This document shows positions 39,180 to 47,555 of a DNA stretch of 64,000 nucleotides, piece by piece. The notes beneath the pieces were generated by a model. That model did not search any database. It was not told the origin of the DNA and saw nothing but the letters and a program-made list of their open reading frames with translations. The position numbers and the translations under genes were made by a program. The stretch's first letter is position 1, and every line of letters begins with the position of its first letter. This stretch comes from an uncultured Acidobacteriaceae bacterium (GTDB lineage: Bacteria; Acidobacteriota; Terriglobia; Terriglobales; Acidobacteriaceae), in assembly GCA_963832805.1 (NCBI GenBank), contig CAWHVN010000016.1:4154-68153 (forward strand), in the 5' to 3' direction.

Positions 39180-41761
39180 GCTGGAAGCGCGCCGCCGCCA
39201 TCGGTTGGCGCGATCTGAGATCCGCGCCCGGAAAATTCGGTTTTGTCGTGTTGTCGGTCGCCGTTGGAGTCGCTGCACTGGTGGGAGTGCGCGGGCTCAG
39301 CGACAGCTTCCGCCAGACACTGAACACTGAGGCGCGTTCGCTGCTGGCAGGCGATCTGAGCGCGCGGCTGCTTCGTGCGCCCGCGCCCGACGAGCTCAGC
39401 AAGATCGCGGCGATCGAAGCCCAAAGCGGCGGCGCAATCCGCTCCACATGGGTCACTGAGACCGTTTCCATGGTGTCTGTATCGACGGACCCCGTGCCGC
39501 TGTTGGTCTCGCTCAAGGCTGTCGATCCGGCTGAGTATCCCTTCTACGGAACGGCGGAGTTAGATCCGGCGATGACGCTGCGACAAGCTTTGCAGGGCGA
39601 CTCGGCAGTCGTGGCGGATGAGTTTCTCATTCGCCTCAATGCGCACGTCGGCGACACACTGCGCCTTGGCGGAAAAGACTTTCGAATCACAGCCGTGCTG
39701 AAGCAGGAACCCGATCGCATCACCGCGGGCATGGGCTTGGGACCTCGCGTCATGATCTCGGAGGCGGCAATGGCGACGACCGGATTGCTGGCACCAGGTA
39801 GCCGCGCCAGCCGGCGTTTGCTCGTCAAGCTCCCTGATATGCCACCGAAAGGCCTCTCCGCGGATGCCGAAACCGCTGCGGTCCGCGGGCAACTGGAAGC
39901 GGCTCTGCCGGATGCGCAAGTCATGGACTACCGTGAGGGCAACCCCGCGCTCACTCGCGGCCTCGACAATGCGACTTCCATCCTTAGCCTCATCTGCTTG
40001 GTCGCCATGGTTCTCGGCGCCGTCGGCGTGGCCATGGCGATGCACGCGCATCTCGAACAGCGCATGGATATGCTGGCCATCCTCAAGGCCATCGGCGCGG
40101 ATTCCTCCGATCTGCTGCGAATCTTTCTTTTGCAGACGCTGGGCCTTGGCCTTGCCGGCGGATTGCTGGGCGTAGCTGCGGGCGTGGCAGTGATGGCTGC
40201 GCTGCCCGCAGCCTTCGGCCAGTTGCTTCCTCTGCATGTGATCCTGCAATTCCCCTGGAAGTCGGTGCTGGCGGGATTGGGAACAGGCCTGCTCACGACT
40301 CTGCTCTTCTGCCTGCCGCCTCTCCTCGACGTGCGCGCCGTGAGGCCAGTGCTGGTGCTGCGCAGGCTGGTGGAGCAGGGTCCTTCCGGAATCGCCGGCT
40401 GGTTTGTGCGTTGGTGGGCGCGTCGCCTGCAACTCGGAATTGCAGCGGCAGTGATTGCCGCCTTGGCTGGCATCGCATGGGCGCTTTCCGATTCGCCGAA
40501 AGTTGGCGCGTGGTTTGCGCTGCTGTTCACCATCACGCTGGTGGTTCTGCTGGTGTTGGCGGCTGTGGCGCTTTGGTTTCTCAGGTTGTTCCTGAACCAC
40601 ACCCGCCTGCACCTGCCTTCATCGCTGCGCCACGGCCTTTCCAATCTCTACCGCCCCGGCAATCAGTCTGCCGCGGTGCTGGCGGCGCTGGGCACGGGAG
40701 TCATGCTCATCCTCGCGGTCTATCTCATGCAGAAAGACCTGTTAACCGATCTGCGCGAAACCGCCTCGCCCAAGCTGCCGAATATCTTTCTCGTCGATGT
40801 GCGAAGCGACGAGGTCGACGGCGTCAAAGCGTTCTTCGCGCATCAAGTGGGCGTCAGCCAACAGCTGAGCCTTACCCCTGTTGTGATCGGCCGGTTTGTC
40901 TCCATCAACGGCCAACCTGTGGAGCAAATGAAAGGCCAGCACTATCCGCTCCGCATGCTGGAAAGCGCCGAGTTGACTTGGGCTGATGCGCCACCCGAAG
41001 GTGACAAGGTGACTGCGGGCGCGTGGTGGGCGAGCAGCAGCGCGGCGCAGCTCGCGGTCAGCGATGGCATCGCCCAGCGACTGCACATTAGCGTTGGCTC
41101 CGCTGTGGAACTGGAAACCGGGGGAACAACGCGCACCCTCACAGTCGCCGCCATCTATCGCGCCGACGGCCAGCACCTGGCCGCGCGCGTGCAGTTTGTT
41201 CTGCCATCTGGCTTGATTAGCGACCAGCCGTCCACGTGGTACGGCGGCGCGCACGTCGATCCTAAACAGGTGGGCGCAATGGAGCGCGCGTTGTTTACGG
41301 CTTATCCAACCATCACCGTCATCAACGTCGCCGATGTCATGCAACGCATCGAGAATGTCGTCGATCAGATCACTTTCGTCGTTCGCTTGCTTGCCGGGTT
41401 CTCGATTCTCGCCGGGCTGACGATCCTTGCCTCGAGCATTGCCAGCACGCGCTTTCGCCGCATGCAGGAAGCGGTTGTGCTCAAAACTCTCGGCGCGACG
41501 CGGATGCGCATCGTTCGAACCTTCAGTGTAGAGTTCAGCGTTCTGGGTTTGCTGGCTGGCACGGTAGGCGTGGCATTTGCCAACATTCTCACGCGCGTTC
41601 TGGTAAATTCTGTCCTAAAGCTGGATGTGGGCTTCCACATCGCATGGGGCGCCACACTGTCAGCGCTCGTTGGAACCGCCGTTCTGGCTACGGCCACCGG
41701 CTGGATCGCCAGCTACCGCATTCTCGGCCTGCGCCCACTCGAAGTGCTGCGCGAAGAGTAG
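39161..41761 (+). CDS. ABC transporter permease, double FtsX/MacB type (YbbP-like)
   Basis: Two FtsX-like halves (LKAIGAD, LKTLGATR), ARSLLAGDL, PNIFLVD, C-terminal RPLEVLREE. Confidence 0.9.
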   Translation: MARRALSWKRAAAIGWRDLRSAPGKFGFVVLSVAVGVAALVGVRGLSDSFRQTLNTEARSLLAGDLSARLLRAPAPDELSKIAAIEAQSGGAIRSTWVTETVSMVSVSTDPVPLLVSLKAVDPAEYPFYGTAELDPAMTLRQALQGDSAVVADEFLIRLNAHVGDTLRLGGKDFRITAVLKQEPDRITAGMGLGPRVMISEAAMATTGLLAPGSRASRRLLVKLPDMPPKGLSADAETAAVRGQLEAALPDAQVMDYREGNPALTRGLDNATSILSLICLVAMVLGAVGVAMAMHAHLEQRMDMLAILKAIGADSSDLLRIFLLQTLGLGLAGGLLGVAAGVAVMAALPAAFGQLLPLHVILQFPWKSVLAGLGTGLLTTLLFCLPPLLDVRAVRPVLVLRRLVEQGPSGIAGWFVRWWARRLQLGIAAAVIAALAGIAWALSDSPKVGAWFALLFTITLVVLLVLAAVALWFLRLFLNHTRLHLPSSLRHGLSNLYRPGNQSAAVLAALGTGVMLILAVYLMQKDLLTDLRETASPKLPNIFLVDVRSDEVDGVKAFFAHQVGVSQQLSLTPVVIGRFVSINGQPVEQMKGQHYPLRMLESAELTWADAPPEGDKVTAGAWWASSSAAQLAVSDGIAQRLHISVGSAVELETGGTTRTLTVAAIYRADGQHLAARVQFVLPSGLISDQPSTWYGGAHVDPKQVGAMERALFTAYPTITVINVADVMQRIENVVDQITFVVRLLAGFSILAGLTILASSIASTRFRRMQEAVVLKTLGATRMRIVRTFSVEFSVLGLLAGTVGVAFANILTRVLVNSVLKLDVGFHIAWGATLSALVGTAVLATATGWIASYRILGLRPLEVLREE

Positions 41762-41944
41762 AAGAATTCGGAAATGGGAATCGAGAATCCGGGCGGAGCG
41801 AGATTGGTCTTCGTCCACGGATTACCAGCCTGCGGCAAATTGACCGCATGCGGGAATCTTCGTAACATGAGGAAGTTGGCTTTGCGCGCCCAGCTTTGGG
41901 AGCCAGGCCAATCGGTTGCAAGACGTGCCGCCACGCCCGCTTGT

Positions 41945-42018
41945 TGCCCCCTCGTTCAATGGCAGGACAGCTGACTCTGGATCAGCATATCGGGGTTCGA
42001 ATCCCTGGGGGGCAGCCA
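41945..42018 (+). tRNA. tRNA-Gln(CTG)
   Basis: TGCCCCCTCGTTCAATGGCAGGACAGCTGACTCTGGATCAGC...GGTTCGAATCC...GGGGCAGCCA. Confidence 0.96.
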
Positions 42019-42116
42019 ATTAGAATCAACGACTTTCGCGGCTTACCCTCTGACCCGGTTTCTTCTTGTCGTTGCGCGGGAACTCCGTCCTGTTGTGACG
42101 TTGTGAGCAGCCCGTC

Positions 42117-42956
42117 TTACGGTTTGCTCACGCCACTACTGCCGCTTGTCAAATGATCGCTCAGGGAGTTTTCGCCCGCGGGTCTGTTCCATCGCGTGGC
42201 CGCCCAGACGTGATAGCTGTTGAAGAGAAATTGGCTGCCCAGAATCAGCAGCCAGACCCAGAGTGCAAAACGCAGCGGCCGGCGCGGAACGCGCTTGCTC
42301 ATCATGGTTCCGCAAACCGCCCCGGCCACGCCGCCGATGATGAGCTGCAGCAGTAGCTCAGGGTTGGTGGCGTGCGTGAACCAATGCGCGCCGCTGCCGA
42401 TGAGCGAGACCATAAAGCCGAAGACGATGTCGGTTCCCACCACTTGCGCGGGCGCCAGCGGCGTCAGGCTTAATAGCGCAGCGCTGCCCAGTGCTCCTGC
42501 TCCCGCGGAAGAGAAACCCACCTCCGCGCCCACGGGAAACATGAGCCACGAGAGCAGAGGGCTGCGATCGCGCGCGTCCAGGTTATCCCGCATGGGGCGG
42601 AACGAATAGAAGAGCTGCCAGCTTGCCGTGGTGACCAGAATCCCGCCCAGAATTGCGTTCAACAGGTTCGCCGATCCTGCGTTGATCAGATGCTTGAGGA
42701 AGAGTGATCCGACGAGAACGCCCGGTGCGCCGCCCAGCAGCATATAACCCAGTGTTCGCCATGCCACGTTACGGCGCGCGATTTGCGCAGGCACCAGGAT
42801 CAGCTTCACCGCCGCCGAAAACATCAGTCCGATGCCCACCGCAACCGGAGCAGGCACGCCGAGAAACAGCACCAGGACAGGCACGGTCACCGTGCCGGCG
42901 CCCACGCCGGTGAGTGCGATGAACAGTGCGATGAAGAATCCGATGAAGTACTGCAT
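42117..42956 (-). CDS. Sulfite exporter TauE/SafE family
   Basis: LTGVGAG, AVGIGL, VGFSSAGAG, VVGTD; last gene of the cys operon. Confidence 0.88.
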   Translation of the reverse strand: MQYFIGFFIALFIALTGVGAGTVTVPVLVLFLGVPAPVAVGIGLMFSAAVKLILVPAQIARRNVAWRTLGYMLLGGAPGVLVGSLFLKHLINAGSANLLNAILGGILVTTASWQLFYSFRPMRDNLDARDRSPLLSWLMFPVGAEVGFSSAGAGALGSAALLSLTPLAPAQVVGTDIVFGFMVSLIGSGAHWFTHATNPELLLQLIIGGVAGAVCGTMMSKRVPRRPLRFALWVWLLILGSQFLFNSYHVWAATRWNRPAGENSLSDHLTSGSSGVSKP

Positions 42957-42986
42957 GTGCTGGCCCTCAGCCTCCCAGCGTGCGCG

Positions 42987-43685
42987 TCACTTTGCCGGTG
43001 CTGCCTGAATATGGATGCCGCACTCCACTTTGCGCCCCGCCCACCGGCCCGACCGAGGATCGTTGGGATCGAGCGGCAGGGAGGTGCATGGCTCGCAGCC
43101 GATGGAGGTGTAGCCCCTCTGATAAAGCGGCAGCAACGGAATCGCAAGCTGCTCGCACGCGTACCACACGTCGCGCGTCGTCCACTTTGCCAGCGGCGCC
43201 AGCTTGAGCACCCGCTTGCCGCCAGGCAGCGAAAACATCGCCGACTCTTCCAGCGCCGCACGGCTTCTGGCCTGCTCTCGGCGTAGGCCGGTCAACCATA
43301 CGCGATACCCGGCCACCGCTTTGAACAGCGGCTCAACCTTCCGGAGCCCGCAGCAGCGGTCGGGCGCGGTCTCATAAAGCAAGCCGTGCTCCGCCTCCTG
43401 CTCGGCTACGGTCTTCTCCGGCAGCAGATTGATCAAGTTCAGATCCCATTCGCGCGCGATCCTGTCGCGATAGGCGTACGTTTCGGCGAAGTGATAGCCG
43501 GTATCGAGAAAAAGAACAGGAATGCGTGGATCGAGCGCGATCGCGAGCCTGGTCAGGAGCACGTCTTCGGCCTGAAAGCTGCACGTCAGGCACACATCGC
43601 CCTTGCCGGTCGCTTCGCGCGCCAGCGTGGCCCGCACCGCATCCAGCTTTGTGTTCACTTCCGCGGCAATCTCCGAAACGCCCAT
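42987..43685 (-). CDS. cysH: Adenylylsulfate/PAPS reductase (Fe-S APS reductase type)
   Basis: LDTGYHF, CCGLRKVEPL, TGLRREQ, SIGCEPCT, RSGRW, ECGIH. Confidence 0.93.
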   Translation of the reverse strand: MGVSEIAAEVNTKLDAVRATLAREATGKGDVCLTCSFQAEDVLLTRLAIALDPRIPVLFLDTGYHFAETYAYRDRIAREWDLNLINLLPEKTVAEQEAEHGLLYETAPDRCCGLRKVEPLFKAVAGYRVWLTGLRREQARSRAALEESAMFSLPGGKRVLKLAPLAKWTTRDVWYACEQLAIPLLPLYQRGYTSIGCEPCTSLPLDPNDPRSGRWAGRKVECGIHIQAAPAK

Positions 43686-45409
43686 TACAGATCCGCCCCT
43701 TCTGGAGAAACAAAGATCCCCGCGCGCTGCAGCAACTGATGTACCGCGGCGACGGCATGCATCCTGTTCTCAGTGTCGAGCGTGATTTCAAATCCGCCCG
43801 CGTTCGCCGTCAGCGTGCCATCATCGTTGGCGCGCACAACGAGCGTGAGCAAGCCGGAGCGGGTCTGCAACTCAGTGATGACGTCCAGCAATCCTGGATG
43901 CTGCAGAGACGTTCGGTCGCCGGCGTCGATGCGGCAGGTGACAGCGCCAATGGCAAATAGCGAGCGTTCTACAGCGTCGATCAGCTCCGTGGGGCCAGCC
44001 AACTCCAGCACGCCGCCGCCATGACCCCTGCGCGCCTCACGCTCTCCGGCGGTCACATGGCCCCACGCGCCCGCCTCGTCTTCCTCGCTCGCGACAGTCT
44101 GACCTTGCGCTGCGGTAACCATGCCTGCAGCAACGGTCGCGTTGGTTTCCGGATCGATGAGAATCAACGCGCCGGTTCCGCGGTTTTCACGATAGAGATC
44201 GATTGCGACCGGCCGCAGCAGATGCAGTGAGACCGCGCCGATATCGTTCATGCGCAGCGTCAGCGCCGGCTCGTGCTTCAACGCCCTCAGGTCCACGCGG
44301 TGATCGATCAGTGAAATAAATGCGGGTACAGTGTGGCTGGTGTGCTTGAGCAGATAGCGGCGATTCAAATCCAGCGGCCGCTGATCCATCCACACCAGCG
44401 AGGCCTTCACGCCGCTGGTCACGACTGGCGCTGCCCCAATGCCGGCAATCAAGTCGCCCCTGCTGATGTCGAGCTCGCGGTCGAGCACCAATGTCACGGA
44501 AAGCGGCGCTGTCGCCTCTGCAGGTTCGCCGTCGAACGTCACAATCCGCTCGATCTTCGCCGTGCGCCCCGAGGGAAAAACCGCGATCTCGTGACCCCGG
44601 CGAACCGTTCCCGACGCAATCTGCCCCGCGAAGCCGCGGAAGGTGTGGTCGGGCCGCAGCACGCGCTGCACGGGAAAACGGAAAGGGGCGCTCCTCGTGT
44701 CTAGCGCCGAGGGCAATGCCTCCAACAGCTCCAGCAGTGACGGCCCCGCATACCAAGGCATCGCACCCGTTGCATGGACCACGTTGTCACCCTTCAGTGC
44801 GCTGACAGGAACAAAGTGCGCCTCGACCGGCGTGCCGGTGTCAGCCGCGATCTGGTCAAGAACAGCCTTGAAGTCTGACTCGATTGCGCGAAACGTTGCC
44901 GCGTCGTAGCCGATCAGATCCATCTTGTTCACGGCCACCAGCACATGCCGGACGCGCAGCAGTGAGGCGATATAGGCGTGGCGGCGCGACTGGATCTGCA
45001 CGCCCTTGCTTGCGTCGATCAGCACGATGGCCGCGTCAGCGGTTGACGCGCCCGTGGCCATATTGCGCGTGTACTGTTCGTGGCCTGGTGTATCGGCAAT
45101 GATGAATTTCCGGCGCGCCGTCGAAAAATAGCGGTAGGCCACGTCGATGGTGATGCCCTGCTCGCGCTCGGCCCGCAGCCCGTCCGTCAGTAGCGCAAAA
45201 TCGATCTGCCCCGGCGCGGTCGTGCCCTTGCCCTCAATCGACTTCACCTGGTCCTCGTAGACCGATTGCGTGTCGTAGAGCAGCCGCCCGATGAGCGTCG
45301 ACTTGCCGTCGTCCACGCTGCCTGCCGTGGAAAAGCGCAGCAAATCCTTCTCGGGCTCAGCGAGCAGGAACTCTTCGATGGAAAATGGAGGAGCGGTCAG
45401 GGTCGCCAC
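43685..45409 (-). CDS. cysN: Sulfate adenylyltransferase subunit 1 with a degenerate C-terminal CysC-like domain
   Basis: GSVDDGKSTLIGRLL, EQGITIDVAYRYF, DTPGHEQYTRNM, NKMD. Confidence 0.95.
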   Translation of the reverse strand: MATLTAPPFSIEEFLLAEPEKDLLRFSTAGSVDDGKSTLIGRLLYDTQSVYEDQVKSIEGKGTTAPGQIDFALLTDGLRAEREQGITIDVAYRYFSTARRKFIIADTPGHEQYTRNMATGASTADAAIVLIDASKGVQIQSRRHAYIASLLRVRHVLVAVNKMDLIGYDAATFRAIESDFKAVLDQIAADTGTPVEAHFVPVSALKGDNVVHATGAMPWYAGPSLLELLEALPSALDTRSAPFRFPVQRVLRPDHTFRGFAGQIASGTVRRGHEIAVFPSGRTAKIERIVTFDGEPAEATAPLSVTLVLDRELDISRGDLIAGIGAAPVVTSGVKASLVWMDQRPLDLNRRYLLKHTSHTVPAFISLIDHRVDLRALKHEPALTLRMNDIGAVSLHLLRPVAIDLYRENRGTGALILIDPETNATVAAGMVTAAQGQTVASEEDEAGAWGHVTAGEREARRGHGGGVLELAGPTELIDAVERSLFAIGAVTCRIDAGDRTSLQHPGLLDVITELQTRSGLLTLVVRANDDGTLTANAGGFEITLDTENRMHAVAAVHQLLQRAGIFVSPEGADL

Positions 45410-46366
45410 TTAGAAGTAGCCCTCCCGCTTCTTGATCTCCATCGATCCTTCTTGGTCGTGGTCGATCACCCGATTCGCGCGCTCCGATGAATGGAACCCG
45501 ATCAGCTCTGCAATGATCGCGGGAAGGGTATCGGCATCGGAACGGATGGCGCCCGTGCACGGGCTGCATCCCAGCGAGCGCAGCCGGCATTTCACTATCT
45601 GCGGCTTCTCGCCCGGCCTTGCCACAAAATCCTGCTCGATGGGCAGCAGCGCATCGCCGCGTACATACATCGGCCGTTCCTTGGCAAAATAAAGATCGAC
45701 GACGGGAATCTTTTCCTCATGGATGTATTGCCACACGTCCAACTCCGTCCAGTTCGAAAGCGGAAATACGCGAATGCTCTCGCCGGGATGGATGCGCGCG
45801 TTGTAGAGATTCCACAACTCGGGCCGCTGATTCTTCGGATCCCACTGCCCGGCCCCGTCGCGGAAGGAGTAGATTCGCTCCTTCGCCCGCGACTTCTCCT
45901 CGTCGCGCCGCGCGCCGCCAAAGGCCGCATCGAACTTGTAGTGGCGCAGCGCATCCAGCAGCGCCTGCGTCTTGAGCAGCGCGCAGCAGCGCTTGGTATC
46001 GAGCGCGATGGGATTCGTCCCTGCGGCGATGGCCGGCTCATTGCGCCACACCAGCAGCTCCGCCCCCACTTGCCGCGCCATTTCGTCGCGGAAGGCGAGC
46101 ATCTCGGCAAATTTGAATCCGGTATCGATGTGCAGCAGGGGGAAGGGAATCGGCCCGGGATAGAAAGCCTTTTGCGCCATCCTCAACATCACCGAAGAGT
46201 CTTTGCCGATGGAGTAAAGCATCACCGGCCGCTCGAACTCCGACGCCACCTCGCGCAGAATGTGAAGGCTCTCCGCCTCGAGCAGGCGCAGATGGTTCAG
46301 CCGCGGGGTTGTGACAGTTGGCGTTCGCGGCAATGTTTGGACTGATTCACTTTCGGCGACCGGCAT
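45410..46366 (-). CDS. cysD: Sulfate adenylyltransferase subunit 2
   Basis: [45 protein letters not shown]. Confidence 0.97.
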   Translation of the reverse strand: MPVAESESVQTLPRTPTVTTPRLNHLRLLEAESLHILREVASEFERPVMLYSIGKDSSVMLRMAQKAFYPGPIPFPLLHIDTGFKFAEMLAFRDEMARQVGAELLVWRNEPAIAAGTNPIALDTKRCCALLKTQALLDALRHYKFDAAFGGARRDEEKSRAKERIYSFRDGAGQWDPKNQRPELWNLYNARIHPGESIRVFPLSNWTELDVWQYIHEEKIPVVDLYFAKERPMYVRGDALLPIEQDFVARPGEKPQIVKCRLRSLGCSPCTGAIRSDADTLPAIIAELIGFHSSERANRVIDHDQEGSMEIKKREGYF

Positions 46367-46477
46367 TGTGACCTCTCAGTTTCAGTGGGGATGCTGAAAG
46401 CCAGTACGCGCAGAGACAAACCCGGCATTCAGCAACGGGTGCGTCTTCTGGATCGATTGTGCTCAGGAGATCAGAGA

Positions 46478-46546
46478 CTAGCGGGGACACCCGTCGAAGA
46501 TGTTCGACAGGCAACAACAGGAACGGCTTGGCAAGACGTAAACCAT
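46478..46546 (-). CDS. Putative Cys-rich leader peptide of the cysDNH operon (22 aa, MVYVLPSRSCCCLSNIFDGCPR)
   Basis: Hand translation; TGT-TGT-TGC triplet plus a fourth Cys; lies between the promoter and cysD. Confidence 0.65.
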   Translation of the reverse strand: MVYVLPSRSCCCLSNIFDGCPR

Positions 46547-46556
46547 GCGTGAAGAG

Positions 46557-46585
46557 ATCGTAACAAAACACGCTGCCCGAGACAA
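46557..46585 (-). promoter_or_regulatory. Sigma70 promoter for the cys operon (TTGTCT-N17-TACGAT, extended -10 TG)
   Basis: Exact 17-nt spacer; only 10 nt between the -10 box and the leader ATG. Confidence 0.6.
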
Positions 46586-46667
46586 GAGGCGAGAGATACG
46601 ATGCGAAAAGTGCCCACTTTTCCCGGGAATGACGTAGGATAGGGGCGAATTACTTTCTCGTCCTCAA

Positions 46668-47555
46668 GTGAACGCGCACGGTAGACCACCCGGTGGCAGC
46701 CCGGCGGCCAGTACCCGCCGAAGCGGAACCCTGATTGTGTTCGCATCTCTGGCGACTCTGGGCGCACTGATGTTGTTTCTCTGGCGGGCTGTCCCCTTTG
46801 GCCGGCGCATCCTTCATTCCGAACCTCAGGTTCACGCCCAGGCAATCCCAGCCGCTTTGGCACATTCGCGGCCGACGCTGTCTTGGGGCGACCGCTTCGG
46901 CGACGGCACGCCCGACTTTCTGCGCCTGAGCGATCCCGCAGACCAGGCCGCCTTCCGCCGCTGGTTCACGCTCATCTCTGAGTACCAGACTGTCCGTCCG
47001 CGGGCCGAAGTCCCTTCCGAGATCGCCGACTGCGCCAGCCTGCTTCGTTACTCCTATCGCGAGGCGCTCAAACGTCACGATGAGAGCTGGTTCCAGGCCA
47101 GTGGAATTGATGTTCCGGCCCCGCCGGGTGAGATTCGCGCGTGGAGCTACCCCCACACACCACTCGGCACGGCGCTCTTCCGCGTGCGCCCCGGCGCTTT
47201 TCAGCCCGGCGACCTCTCCGACGGCTCCTTTGCTCAGTTTGCCGATGCTAAGACGCTGGTCGAGCGGAACGCGTACTTTGTCGGCCGCGATGTGCGTGCA
47301 GCGCTCCCTGGCGACTTGCTCTTCTATCGCCAATTCGGCCAGTCGTCGCCCTGGCACTCGATGATCGTGATCCGCTCCGGCTCCGCCGCGGAGGTCGTCT
47401 ACGACACCGGGCCCGATCACGGCCAACCCGGCGAACTGCGCCGCGTGCTTCTCTCTGAACTTCTTGACCATCCCCAGCCGCAATGGCGGCCGCTCCCCGG
47501 CAACCCCAACTTTCTCGGCGTCTATCGCTGGAATATTCTGCGAGGAACTCCATGA
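46668..47555 (+). CDS. DUF1175 (YfaT-like) protein, membrane-anchored, probable papain/NlpC-P60-like fold
   Basis: AFRRWF, DCASLLRYSYREAL, PGDLLFY, WHSMI, YDTGP, WRP...NPNFLGVYR; ATGA overlap with the A2M gene. Confidence 0.85.
   Translation: MNAHGRPPGGSPAASTRRSGTLIVFASLATLGALMLFLWRAVPFGRRILHSEPQVHAQAIPAALAHSRPTLSWGDRFGDGTPDFLRLSDPADQAAFRRWFTLISEYQTVRPRAEVPSEIADCASLLRYSYREALKRHDESWFQASGIDVPAPPGEIRAWSYPHTPLGTALFRVRPGAFQPGDLSDGSFAQFADAKTLVERNAYFVGRDVRAALPGDLLFYRQFGQSSPWHSMIVIRSGSAAEVVYDTGPDHGQPGELRRVLLSELLDHPQPQWRPLPGNPNFLGVYRWNILRGTP

Noticed and set aside
37736-41761. tesA divergent from an ABC ATPase/permease as a novel system
   Set aside because: It matches the known conserved tesA-ybbA-ybbP arrangement.
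46367-46667. SAM-I or other riboswitch upstream of cysD
   Set aside because: I could not find the SAM-I core (AUC-AGAG, GCAACC, GUGC-AA) or a U-tailed terminator. The Cys-rich uORF explains the region better; an Rfam scan would settle it.
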